Made by a program: the position numbers and the translations under genes
Source of the DNA: Octopus sinensis
Taxonomy: Eukaryota
DNA length: 64,000 nt
Assembly (NCBI RefSeq): GCF_006345805.1
Contig: NW_021831859.1
Coordinates: forward strand, 87 to 64,086
Direction of reading: 5' to 3'
The notes under the pieces: generated by a model
Databases searched by the model: none
Seen by the model: the letters and a program-made list of their open reading frames with translations, nothing else
What the model was told of the DNA's origin: nothing
Part shown: positions 51,146 to 64,000 of the stretch, piece by piece
Layout: each line of letters opens with the position of its first letter
How positions within the stretch are numbered: position 1 is the stretch's first letter

Positions 51146-51176
<31 letters not shown>

Positions 51177-51414
51177 AATGATGATGATGATGATGATAAC
51201 AATAACAATAATAATAATATTAATAATAATAATAATAATAATGATGATAACAATAATAATAATAATAATGATAATAATAATAATATTAATAATAATAATA
51301 ATAATAATGATGATAACAATAATAATAATAATAATGATAATAATAATAATAATGATGATAATAATAATAATAATAATAATGATAATAATAATAATAATGA
51401 TGATAATAATAATA

Positions 51415-51457
<43 letters not shown>

Positions 51458-51530
51458 TAATAATAATAATAATGATGATAATAATAATGATGATAATAAT
51501 AATAATAATGATGATAATAATAATGGTAAT
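50160..51530. repeat. (CTA/CCA)n followed by a long (AAT/GAT)n array with about 290-nt higher-order repeat
   Basis: Variant markers offset by 288-294 nt. Confidence 0.95.
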
Positions 51531-51919
51531 AAAAGCAACAGATTTTAATAAAAACTTTCTAAACATTCTGTTCCGTTAAAACAAACTAATCCGGAAGTTT
51601 CCGTTTTGTCCCAAGACAATTGTATTTCCTCTCTGCCTGCTTATTCTTCTTATTATTATTATTTCTAGACCATTCTGAATTCCCTTTTACCCCCTACACT
51701 TCCGTCTACCACCACCCCCACACCCCACCTCCTGTCTTCATGCACCACCACCCTCCCCTCCTTACCCCATCCGTGTCTCTTTTTTTCTTATTTTCTTCTC
51801 TCTTCTTTTCCTCCTCCTCCTCCTCCTTCTTCATCTTCATCTTTCTACTTTCTGTGAGTCATATTCGGTTCCTACTTTCTCGCAGACCAACCAAAATGCT
51901 TCCATTCTTTTCAGTTTTA

Positions 51920-51954
51920 CTGTATGTGTGTGTGTGTATATGTGCATATGTATT

Positions 51955-51995
<41 letters not shown>

Positions 51996-52084
51996 ATATG
52001 CGTGTGTATATATATGTGTGTGTGTATACACATGTATCTGTATGCATGTAAACGTATATGTATTTATAAACATGCTTATGTCTA

Positions 52085-52161
<77 letters not shown>

Positions 52162-52445
52162 GCATATATATACATATACATACATATATATAAAGACATA
52201 TATATACATACACATATATATACATATATATAAAGATATATATATACACATATACATACATACACATATATATATACATATATACATACATATATATTTA
52301 TACATACACATATATATACATACATACATATATATATATATTTATTTATTTATATACGCGTGCTTTCACAGACCAACTAAAATTACTTCCATTCTTTTGA
52401 TTTGACACTATATAATATTGTGTGTGTGTGTATATGTATATAGTA

Positions 52446-52477
<32 letters not shown>

Positions 52478-52500
52478 CATACATAAATATACATACCATG
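51920..52500. repeat. (TA/TG/CA)n compound array
   Basis: Direct inspection. Confidence 0.95.
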
Positions 52501-52949
52501 CACAGACAACATCTACACATAAAGTTACGTACACTCACGCATGCGCACATACACATCTGCCTATGGAACTCATACACACAAACACATCCACAGAAATACA
52601 TTCTACTTCATTATTTTCTCCCCCCCCCACGACCACCACGACCACCACTCCTCTTCTTCTTCCCCCCCCCACCCGACCTGTCTAATGAAGTATCATTCTA
52701 ACTGGAACACTGCTGCTACTACTGCTGCTGGTAAACTCTTTGTGGATTCTGTTCTGGCATAACTTAGAGTATTTAATACTACAGACGTTTGGAGCTTTTG
52801 GTAAAAGCAGTAATAAGAATGATGGTGGCGGTGGTGATGGAGATGGTGGTGGTGGTCATGGTTGCATTGGTGGTCACAATCACGATGCTGAGTTCTGAGA
52901 CTCACCATCAACATGTTGGTTTCTTACATAATAATAATAATAATAATAA

Positions 52950-53530
52950 TAATGATTTCAAGTTTTGGCACAGGACCTGAAATTTTGGGTGGTGGGGAGG
53001 GGATAAGGTGATTACATCAACCTCAGGGTTCGACTGGTATTTATTTCATTGACCCCCAAAAGGATGAAAGGCAAAGTTGACCTTGGTGGAATTTGAACTC
53101 AGACCCTAAAGACAGCAAAATGCTGCTAAGCATTTTGCTAACGATTCTGCTAGCTCACCTCTTTGATAATAATAATAATAATAATAATCTTTTCTACTCT
53201 AGGCACAAGGCCCGAAATTTGGGGGTGGGGTAGTCAGATCGACCCCAGTATGCAACTGGTACTTAATTTATCGACCCTGAAAGGATGAAAGGCGAAGTCA
53301 ACCTCGGCAGAATTTGAACTCAGAACATTGCGACAAGTGAAATACCTCGAAGCATTTCATCCAGTGTGCTAACAATTCAGTCAGTCAACCCTAGTATGCA
53401 ACTGGTACTTATGTTAATGACCCTAAAAGGATGAAAGGCAAAGTCGACCATGGTGGTATTTGAACTCAGCACATAAAGAACTGAAAGAAAAACTGTTAAT
53501 TTTTCCAACTCACTAACGACTCTGCCATCT
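52950..53530 (-). mobile_element. Cluster of three SINE family A copies
   Basis: Repeated AAGGATGAAAGGCAAAGT..GGAATTTGAACTCAG. Confidence 0.7.
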
Positions 53531-53766
53531 CACCACCTTAATTATAATGATGGCAGTGGTTTCTGGATTTAGGCACAAGGCCTGCAATTTTGAAAGAAAG
53601 GAACATGACAGATAATACTTGACCCCAGTTCTCAGCCTGTACCATATTTCTATTGAGTCCAGAGGGACAAAATCAAAGCTGTCTTTGGCATGATTTGAAC
53701 TCAGGATGTAAAGAGCTGGAACAAATGCCATTACACAAGGTTGTTAGCAATTTTATGGAGAAGAGA

Positions 53767-54482
53767 TTCACCCTTTCCATACCAACCCGGCTGAAACCAA
53801 CTCTGGATCTGAGTACAAATGTCTTGTTTTCAAAAGTTTTGAATAAAAATCTTCCACCAAACCTTAGTCACAATTTATGTTCCTAACACTAGCTTAATGA
53901 TAACTAAATTCTTTTATTAAATTCTTTGTTATATTTAAAATTAATTGAAAGAAACACAAAGCATCTCAACAGAAATACAATAACAAAGGGGTTAAAATAT
54001 ATATAATAGAGAAACAATTCTTAACCATCTCAATACCAACCCAGCAGAAACCACCTCTGGCTCTGTTGTACAAATGTCTTGTTTTCATAAGTTCTGAATT
54101 AAAATCTTCCACCAAACACTAATACTTGCTTAATGATAACTAAGTTATTTTACTAAGTTCTTTGTTATATTTAAAATCAATTGAAAGAAACACAGACCAT
54201 CTCAACAGAAATACAATAACAAAGGGGTTAAAATATATAATAGAGAAACAATTCTTAACCCTCTTGACAGCAACCTGGCTGAAACTACCTCTGGCTCTGA
54301 GTACAAATATCTTGTTTTCATAAGTTTTGAATTAAAATCTTCCACCAAACCTTAGTCACAATTTATGTTCATAACACTAGCTTAATGATAACGAAGTTAT
54401 TTTACTAAATTCTTTGTTATATTTAAGATAATTGAAAGAAGCACAGAGCATCTCAACAGAAATACAATTAGGAAAAGGTTAA
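53767..54482. mobile_element. Tandem triplet of piggyBac-type MITE family E
   Basis: Units 53767-53995, 54021-54231, 54255-54482. Confidence 0.85.
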
Positions 54483-55006
54483 GGTAGTACCTTCAATACC
54501 AATATTTTGCTGGTACTTTATGAAAAGGAAAAAATAAATATATGAAAGAGTAAAGACAGACATTAATTAAAGCAAGATATGAAAATAACTTGGAGCCAAA
54601 ATTTGGGTCAGATACCCATACAGAGGTGAAAACTCTCCAGTGAGATTGTACCCGGGTACCTCACAACACTGGGTATATGCCATCCCTGGGAGACAATACA
54701 CACAGAAGTTCTCATAAGCATGTCAGAGGCACAAACTGGGCAAGAAGTGTCACAAGGGCTCTTGGTAGTTACACATTAACTGATCTTAGAATGCTCGTTT
54801 GTTTGGTCTGTTAGTCTTTTACTTGTTTCAGGCAATTGACTGTGGCCATGCTGGGGCACCGCTTTGAAGAATTCAGATAAACAAATCAACCTCAGTACTT
54901 TTTCTCTTATTACTTTTTTTTTTTTAAAATCTGGTGTTTATCCTGCTGGACATGTTTGCCAAACCACTGACCAATACACGTGGGGAAAAAATACAAGGAC
55001 ACACAT

Positions 55007-55096
<90 letters not shown>

Positions 55097-55189
55097 CACA
55101 CACACACACACACATGCATACATATGTGTGTGCAATAGGCTTCCACATGTACTTGTACATGTGGCGACATTCACCCTGGGTGGGTTGAG

Positions 55190-55402
55190 TCAGCTTCTTC
55201 TCCCACCCTCAAGACATCTCAAACCATGGCAGCCCATGCACAACGGTCCTGCGCCAGTTCACTGGAGATAGCAAGCCAGTCACGGTTCCATTGGCGCAGG
55301 AAGACCACCTGTGGACCCGTGAGCACGGAGAGGTCCTCCTTGATCGTCGTAACCCAGGTCTTCAGCTGCCCACCCATGCGTTTCCGCCAGCTGAGAAGTT
55401 GG
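55190..55402 (-). mobile_element. RTE-type LINE C-terminal fragment, different family
   Basis: WRKRMGGQLKTWVTTIKEDL..RQWNRDWLAISSELAQDRCAWAAMV. Confidence 0.65.
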
Positions 55403-56696
55403 TTCCACACAGTTTTCTTCTACCAAATCCACACACAAGGTATTGTTCCAGTCCAGGGCTAGACTAAAAGACACTTGTCCAAGGTGCCATACAGTCGACT
55501 GAATCTTCCATTCCACTGAAAGCCCTTAAATGACATTTGCTGCCACATGTGTGGCAACTATGCCTTCTGTCCTGGATGACCAGTTATTATAAAACCTTTA
55601 TTTCAGCCCCTTCTGCTGGGCACAACTCTGGGCTAGTTCTGTGGCCATGTATGTCTGTAGCAGACTCCACCTATTTCTGGCCACCAGCCTATATCATTCC
55701 AAAAGTAACCCTTGGTCCAGTATAGTGGAGGTCAACATTGTCGCTGACATCTTTAGCATTTAAACTGGCCATATCCAGCCCAAATATTCTACTGGTTTTA
55801 TGTCCAAACTGGCCAGATCTGGCTTTGCACACTTATCCTACAATGTCATTCTAAGAATAAGCAATCACATCCTCCAAATTCCAATGCTACAATGTCTTTG
55901 CGTGATTAATTCAAAACAATTTGATTACATAAGCATTACATTTGACAGAATAATCTGAACACTAAAGGGTTAAAGAGACCTTTGTGCTTCTCTGTCACAA
56001 ACGCTTTAGGATTACTCTTTGGTCAGGTTTGTCGTGCATTACAACTGTTTGTTTCTCCACCCCTCACACCGTAGGATGGTGGATAAGCAGAATTGGTGGA
56101 GCAGCAGAGAAAGCACCTTGTGGCTTCTTGCATTCTCGGTTCAAATCACACCAAAACTTACTTTGCTCTCATCTCATCGTCATCATCATCATCGTTTAGT
56201 GTCCGCTTTCCATGCTAGCAAGGGTTGGACGGTTCAACTGGGGTCTGGGAAGCCAGAAGGCTGCACCAGGCCCAGTTTGATCTGGCATTGTTTCTACGGC
56301 TGGATGTCCTTCCTAACGCCAACCACTCCATGGGTGTAGTGGGTGCTTTTTACGTGCCACCGGCACAGGTGCCAGGCGAGGCTGGCAACGGCCACGAACA
56401 GATGGTGCTTTTTACGTGCCAAGGTTAATAAAATAAATCACCTGACAAGTATGGAGGTCTGTGGGGTCAACTGACCCTGCCAACCTTCAAATTTGCTGGC
56501 CTTGGCCCTGAATTAGAAACCAGTAATATTATTTCTTCTGCGTTCAAATTTCTCCCAGGGGTTCATATAATAAAGTACGAATCAAGGACTGGGCTAGTTT
56601 AATCAACTAACGCATTCCACAAGTTTCAGGCCTCATGTCTATCTTAAAAACAATTATTATTATTATTATTATTATTATATTATTATTATTATTATT

Positions 56697-57109
56697 CCTT
56701 TCCACTCTAGGCACAATGCCCAAAATTTTGAGGGGCGGGGGCAGTTGATTATATCAACCCCATTATGCAATTAGTACTTAATTTATTGATCCCAAAAGGA
56801 TGAAAGGCAAAGTTGACCTTGGTGGAATTTGAACTCAGAATGTAACTGCAGATGAAATACCTATTTCTTTACTACCCACAAGGGGCTAAACACAAAGGAG
56901 ACAAACGGATTAAGTCGATTATATCGACCCCAGTGCGCGACTGGTACTTATTTAATCAACTCTGAAAGGATGAAAGGCAAAGTCGAACCTCGGCGGAATT
57001 TGAACTCAGAATGTAATGGCAGACAAAATACCGCTGAGCATTTTACCTGGCGTGCTAATGTTTCTGCCAGCTCACCGCCTTCTTCTTCTTATTATTATTA
57101 TTATTATTA

Positions 57110-57144
<35 letters not shown>

Positions 57145-57178
57145 GTTATTATTATTATTGTTATTATTATTATTATTC

Positions 57179-57213
<35 letters not shown>

Positions 57214-57445
57214 ATTATTAAGTTATAAAAGGTGGTGAGCAAGCAGAATCATTAGTACACCGAATGAAATGCTTTGCAGTATTTCATCTGTCTTCACATT
57301 TTGTGTTCAAATTCTGCCAAAGTCGTCTCTGCCTTTTTATTCTTTTCAGGGGTCGATAAAATAAGTATCATCTGAGTAATGGGGTCGACGTAATTGACTT
57401 ACCTCCTCCCCGAAATAACTGGCCTCGTGCCAAAATCTGAAACCA
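56697..57445. mobile_element. SINE family A cluster (two minus, one plus) around (ATT)n arrays
   Basis: Core motifs in both orientations. Confidence 0.7.
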
Positions 57446-57512
57446 TTATTATCATTTATTATTATTATTATTATATCTTATTATTATATTATTATTATTA
57501 TTATTGTTATTA

Positions 57513-57558
<46 letters not shown>

Positions 57559-57807
57559 ACAAAAACAACAGCGACCTGAAAACAGCAACAATTACAGCAG
57601 CAGCAGCTTCACAACAACAATAATAATAACAACAACAATAGTAACATAACAGTACAAGTAACAACAACAACCACAACAATTGCATCAGTGGAAATACTAA
57701 TCCAACATCTGTATGTCTTTAGGTATGAGTATATACACACACATACATACATATATATATATAATTATATATATATGTAATATATATATATATAAATTAT
57801 ATATATA

Positions 57808-57847
<40 letters not shown>

Positions 57848-57848
57848 A

Positions 57849-57883
<35 letters not shown>

Positions 57884-58042
57884 CGTATATATATATGTAT
57901 ATCATACATTATATTATATATATATACCATTATATAATAAAAGGCTGGAAGCAATGGGACTTTAAATAACATTTGCTTCATAGGTGGGGGCTTTTGTTGA
58001 AAGATACTGTATATACGTGTATTATATATATATATATAATAT

Positions 58043-58089
<47 letters not shown>

Positions 58090-58391
58090 CCATATATATG
58101 TTGTATGTATGTATATATATATATATATATATACCCACACATGCTGTAGATTTACTTATCATCATATAACTCTTATTCTCCTTTCACACTTTCTCTAACC
58201 CCCCCAGCACTCTCTTCTCCTTCCCTCCTCTTGTCCCTCTCTCTCTCTCTTTCATTGTCCTTCTCTTTCTCCCTCCCTCCCTCTCTGTCTATCTCTCTTT
58301 ATATGTTGGTATTCGTGTTTAATTTTTCCCTTTTCTTTAGATTTTGGATTATTAAATGTTTTGAAAATATTTATACATTCATTTGCAAACA

Positions 58392-58437
<46 letters not shown>

Positions 58438-59113
58438 CTTACATACATAAATACAACACACACACGCATATGTATAAGTTAATGAACTGTCCATCTATAT
58501 ATATTATATATATATATATATAGATACAGATGTATGCACATATGTATGTGTGTATGTATATCAACACCCACACACAAACAGTTGTATACAGTTCTATGTG
58601 TACATAATATATCTGCATGTCTTGGAGACTTACATAAGTCAGTTGGTTCCTGCCACTCTGAGACGGTAAGAGAATTCGCTTTTTAACTTTTCACCATTTC
58701 ATACAGAATTTAAGTATGTGTGTGTGTGTGCATGCATGCACACACACACAAAAGTGTATGCATATGCATACACTTATGTTGTGTATATACATTCATATAT
58801 GTATGTATATATATATAGATATATATATATACATTCATCTATGTATATATACATATATTCATATATATATATTCATCTATGTGTGTGTATACATAATATA
58901 TATTATATATATATATATTATCATTATTATATATTATATATATATATTATATATATATATATTCATCTATATAAAATATTATAGAGACAAAATATTATAT
59001 TTATAATATTTTACTATAAAATGGATTTAATCCTAAATCTGATTTTTTTCCCTGTAAATTTGGATTATTCCCTAATATTTATTATTCATCTATATATATA
59101 TATAATATATTCA

Positions 59114-59163
<50 letters not shown>

Positions 59164-59240
59164 ATTAATCTATATGTATATATATATCTATATATATCTA
59201 TATATATTCATATACATGCATATATACATTCACACATACA
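57085..59240. repeat. Block of (ATT)n, (CAA)n, (TA)n, (CT)n and (CA)n arrays
   Basis: Direct inspection. Confidence 0.9.
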
Positions 59241-59992
59241 TACCTTCGGAAACATGTAAAATACATTCCGATGCTTCACATGAAGCACAAACATGATCAT
59301 GCAGCAAAGATGATCGTTTCACACCCCACATGGTTCTAGTTTCAATCTCACCGCACAGCACCTGGACCAAGGGTCTGTTTCATTCACCAATGCCTTGGGG
59401 AGCAGAATTTGATAGGGAAAATCTGCGGAAACCAGTCAGATAAATAAATTTAATTAACGGTTTGGGCAAAATTTATCACCACATAACATTAATGGTAAAC
59501 CACATGAAGAATGTGTCTTGGAATATTTGGTGGATATTCAATGATGCTTGCAGATGTGGGATGTATTATAAATGGTCCTTCCATGTCAATGGAGTTTTAG
59601 TTTGTTTTCTCAAAGTTGTCCATCAGAACTGGTAAAGACTTTAGATATGCTGTTGTTATTCTGTATATGTGTGTATACGTGTGTGTGTATGTTTTTATGA
59701 ATGTATATATGTGTGTAGGTGTGTGTGTAAATATATGTATGTATGTGTGTGTGTGTGTATGTGTATGTTTGTATGAATGTATATATGTGTGTAGGTGTGT
59801 GTGTGTGTGTATGAATGAATGTGTGTGTATGTTTGTATGAATGTATATATGTGTGTAGGTGTGTGTATGAGTGTGTGTCTGTGTGTATAATGTATATATG
59901 TATATACACATAATATGCATATGTGTATGTGCGCGTGTTCTTGTCCCATTTTGTATTTATATATATATTACATATATATATATATGTGTATG

Positions 59993-60023
<31 letters not shown>

Positions 60024-60128
60024 ATACTTGGAAATAGATGTGTGGCATTCAATTAAATAATAATATAAATAATATATATATATATATACCTGCCTTTGTC
60101 TTTTGTTTATTTTCGTAAACCTTCCCGT

Positions 60129-60164
<36 letters not shown>

Positions 60165-60297
60165 TCCACATGTAGATGTGAGTATATGCATATCTATGTG
60201 TATGTGTGTTTATATAGATACATATATGTATATATATATGCACACACACACAGACACAATTTTTCAGTTAATCTTTTATGTCTCATCCTATTCTTGT

Positions 60298-60380
<83 letters not shown>

Positions 60381-60475
60381 ATCTAAAACTTCCCGCCTCC
60401 CCCCACTGCATTCGTTAACCCCCATCCCCACCTTCAGACATTTCTCTTAACTTCCACAGACAAGGGATACAACGA

Positions 60476-60764
60476 TATTTCATCTGTTCTACTGTTGGTC
60501 ATTCTTCATTCTGCCAGCAGCTGTGGACCATTCCAAATGTTTTATCCAGGCGTGGCCAGACAATTAAACGAGATTGCTGTTAGATTGTACCATTTTTAGA
60601 ACAAACTTTCTACACCTAATGAGGAATCGGTGCCTATTGTACCAATTTTCTTCTAAAATCTATAAAAATTCCTCAGCTGATCTTATATTGTATTTCTCTG
60701 GATTAAAAGTTTGGAATGGTCCACAACAGATGGCAGAATGACCAACAGTAGAATAGATGAGATA
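60476..60764. mobile_element. Foldback / MITE with about 55-bp inverted ends
   Basis: 60476-60537 is the reverse complement of 60710-60764 apart from a short indel and a few mismatches. Confidence 0.7.
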
Positions 60765-60797
60765 TATATTTCCCTGGTGTATATTATTTGATAGTGA

Positions 60798-61125
60798 AGG
60801 CTCATGGCTCAATGGTTAGTGTGTTGAGCTCACAATCATAAGGCAGTGAGCTCAATTTATTGACCGGGCTGAGTGTTGTGTTCTTGAGCAAGACACTTTA
60901 TTTCAAGTTGCTCCAGTTCACTCAGCTGTAGAAATGAGTTGTGGCATTACTGGTGCCAAGCTGTATCGGCCTTTGACTTTCCCTTGGATAACATCAGTGG
61001 CGTGGAGAGGGGAAGCTGGTATGCATGGGTGACTGCTGGCCATCCACAAACAACCTTGCCCTGATTTGTACCTCAGAGGAGAACCTTCTAGGTGCAATCC
61101 CATGACCCCAAAGGGGGTCATTCAG
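60798..61125 (+). mobile_element. tRNA-derived SINE with TGTTGTGTTCTTGAGCAAGACACTT core
   Basis: Head TGGCTCAATGGTTAG; 3-prime hairpin ATGACCCC-AAAG-GGGGTCAT; related pieces at about 29300-29440 (-) and 49625-49760 (+). Confidence 0.65.
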
Positions 61126-61146
61126 TTCTATATTTAAGAGATGAGG

Positions 61147-61635
61147 AATTATTTACATTTGACAGATATTTGTCCTCATCTTGTTTGTTTTTAACACATT
61201 TCAGGTGATATACCCTCTTCATCAAGTGTCTTGAGGAAATTTCGAACCTGGGTTCTCATTCCTAAGGTATTTATTGATGTTGTTTGTTTGAAGGCTGGAG
61301 GGTATATCAGCCGAAAAGTAAGGCGGTGAGCTGGCAGAAACGTTATCACGCCGGGCGAAATGCTTGGCGGTATTTCGTCTGCCGTTACGTTCTGAGTTCA
61401 AATTCCGCCGAGGTAGACTTTGCCTTTCATCCTTTCGGGGGTTGATAAATTAAGTACCAGTTACGCACTGGGGTCGATATATTCGACTTAATCCGTTTGT
61501 CTGTCCTTGTTTGTCCCCTCTGTGTTTAGCCCCTTGTGGGTAGTAAAGAAATAGGTATATCAGCCGAAACATTGTGTTAGCAACAAACAAGATGGGGACA
61601 AATATCCATCAAATGTAAATAATGTAAATAATGTA
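61147..61635. mobile_element. Second, head-to-head duplicated copy of the hammerhead element, interrupted by a SINE
   Basis: Both arms align with 19718-19866; SINE at 61317-61553 is flanked by a 16-bp direct repeat GGTATATCAGCCGAAA. Confidence 0.7.
61317..61553 (+). mobile_element. SINE family A copy with 16-bp TSD
   Basis: GGTATATCAGCCGAAA at 61301-61316 and 61554-61569. Confidence 0.85.
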
Positions 61636-62540
61636 CAAAAGGGGTCATTATTCTTTGATAATGCTGTGTATTTGTTTGGGACTGAATGTGGCGGAGTATT
61701 TATTTGGAATATTATGGATGTGATAGGCTTGCTTTTTTTGTGTAGGTTTGCTCTGTGTCCTATATCATCATCATCATCATCATATTCGTTATTTAACATC
61801 TGTTTTCTATGTTGGCATGGGTTAGAAGATTTGTCTGGAACTGGTAAGCTGTCGAGCTGCACAGAACTCCACTCTTCTTCGGCATGGTTTCCATGACTGG
61901 ATGCCCTTCCTAATGCCAACCACTCCACAGAGTATACTGGGTGTCTTAAATGTGTCACCAGCACATATATCAATTTTAAAGGGACTTCTGAAACACTGTG
62001 TATGTGCACTAATGCATGTGTGTGTGTATGTGTGCTTATACATACATATATATATAGAAATACATGAACTACACATAAAATATGTGACAAAAACCAAACA
62101 CACTAAAATTACTGAACAGATGGATATACAAGAAAAAGCCTCATAAAAACTCAACACAAAATGCATGATACCTGACTGCAAACTTAAACTAATAATATAC
62201 TGCGAAATCACACCAACCAAAAGCTTCCTTATCGATAGTGCACCACAAACATCAAAGCCTGAGGACAGGAGTTGGTGAGCTGGAGAACATAGTTTCTACA
62301 ACTGGATATCCTTTTTAAAGCCAACCACTTTACAGTGTGTACTGGGTACTTTTTAGGTGGTACTAGCACTGGTACTTTTTTATGTAGTACCGGCACCACT
62401 GACTGTAAAACTGAAAGTTACTAACTCAGGACTCTAGCTGTTGCATTGGACAGACTTGTACAAGACTGTCATTTTGGCTCACTATGCATTTGCAATATAC
62501 AGCTATACCACAACATTACTCCACATATCACAAAATGAAG

Positions 62541-62757
62541 TTAACCCTTTCATTACCAACCCGGCTGAAACCAGCTCTGGCTCTGGAGTACAAATGTCTT
62601 GTTTGCATAAGTTTTGAATTAAAATCTTCCACCAAACCTTAGTCACAATTTATGTTCCTAACACTAGCTGAATGGTAACTAAGTTATTTTACTAAATTCT
62701 AAGTAATTGAAAGAAACACAGAGCATCTCAAAATAAATACAGTAACGAAAGGGTTAA
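62541..62757. mobile_element. Solo piggyBac-type MITE family E
   Basis: TTAACCCTTT..AAAGGGTTAA; body aligns with the 27.4-kb copies. Confidence 0.8.
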
Positions 62758-63077
62758 ATGCAAAGATACTTGTGAAATATATCAATTTTTATAAAATTCT
62801 ATACAAAAATACAAGATTAATCCTGGAAACCATATTCATGTGGCAATACAATGCTAAAATTAACATCCAAACACACACACATCAAAAAAATTAACATGTG
62901 ATTACTGATTTAAAGAAAATAAAAAACCTAATGGTCAAAATTTCACCATGACAGACAAATCAACAAGTGACTGCCAATGCATGATGTTAATGGTCAAAAA
63001 ACTTTCAGCAGGAAAGCCATACTCTCAATTCTTGGAAATGAGACTGTGAAGTTCTAGAAACGTTGGATATATTATTT

Positions 63078-63480
63078 TATTCTTTTACTTGTTTCAGTCA
63101 TTTGACTGTGGCCATGCTGGAAAACTGCCTTAAAGGATTTTTAAGTCAAAGTAATCAACCCCAGGACTTATTCTCTATAAGCCCAGTACTTATTCTATCG
63201 GTCTCTTTTGCCAAACTGCTAAGTTAGGGGGACATAAACACACTAACATTGGTTGTCAAACAATGGGGTGGGGGGCAAACACAGACACAAAGATGCACAT
63301 ACACACATAAATATATATGTATACGATATGTTTCTTTCAGTTTCCGTCTACCAAATCCACTCACAAGGCTTTTGGTCAGCCCAAGGTTATAGTAGGAGAC
63401 ACTTGACCAAGGTGCTACGCAGTGGGACTGAACCCAGAACCATGTGGTTGGGAAGTAAGTTTCTTAACACACAACCACAC
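63078..63480 (-). mobile_element. Composite SINE copy
   Basis: Same family as 2435-2836. Confidence 0.75.
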
Positions 63481-63499
63481 TTGTGTCTATATATACATA

Positions 63500-63835
63500 C
63501 ATACATATATATATATATATATGTGCCGGTGGCACGTAAAAGGCACCATTTGAGCGTGATCGTTACCAGCATCGCCTTACTGGCACTTGTGCTGGTGGCA
63601 TGTGTAAAAAGATTTGAGCGAGTTCGTTGCCAGTATCGCCTGACTGGCCCCCGTGCCGGTGGCACGTAAAAGCACCCACTACACTCTCGGAGTGGTTGGC
63701 ATTAGGAAGGGCATCGAGCTGTAGAAACTCTTCCAGATCATGATTGGAGCCTGGTGCAGCCATCTGGTTCACCAACCCTCAGTCATTCGTCCAACCCATG
63801 CCAGCATGGAAAGCGGACATTAAACAATGATGATA
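63500..63835 (+). mobile_element. RTE 3-prime UTR copy
   Basis: Same family as the 43912-45225 tail. Confidence 0.75.
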
Positions 63836-64000
63836 TATATATCTGTGTGTGTATGTGGACTGGTGATACATATATATATATATATATTTATATAAATATA
63901 TGTATATGAGAGAGAAATAAGGATAAACACAAATCTTCTGCCATAATTACATAAACCAGTGTTTATTCTTACTTCTTGTACATTGTCTCTCTTGTTCATA

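Noticed and set aside
54665-54685. 21-nt minus-strand micro-exon-like segment beside a 12-bp palindrome
   Set aside because: Only splice-like motifs support it; expected by chance.

Overview
Eukaryotic, AT-rich DNA dominated by microsatellites, SINEs and MITEs; the repeat landscape is what I associate with Octopus/coleoid cephalopods (inferred, not proven). The one well-supported protein-coding gene is a plus-strand mitochondrial NAD-dependent isocitrate dehydrogenase gamma subunit (IDH3G). I rebuilt it by hand from 12 GT-AG exons between 13070 and 29184 (393 aa if it stops at TGG-TAA). The last coding exon overlaps a perfect splice donor. Two look-alike 20-nt and 19-nt micro-exons downstream would give alternative C-termini (SSWLF* / SSWCY*), and a candidate UTR exon starts at 40891. 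Three unrelated families of short elements carry minimal hammerhead-ribozyme-like motifs of the Penelope type; one has a tRNA-like Pol III head fused upstream of an intact core. The rest is RTE and CR1 LINE fragments, tRNA-derived SINEs, piggyBac-, mariner-, Tigger- and hAT-like elements, Helentron-like elements and long simple repeats. Nearly all ORFs in the supplied track are repeat artefacts. Repeat boundaries are approximate unless a TSD or TIR is given, and family names come from recalled motifs, not database searches.
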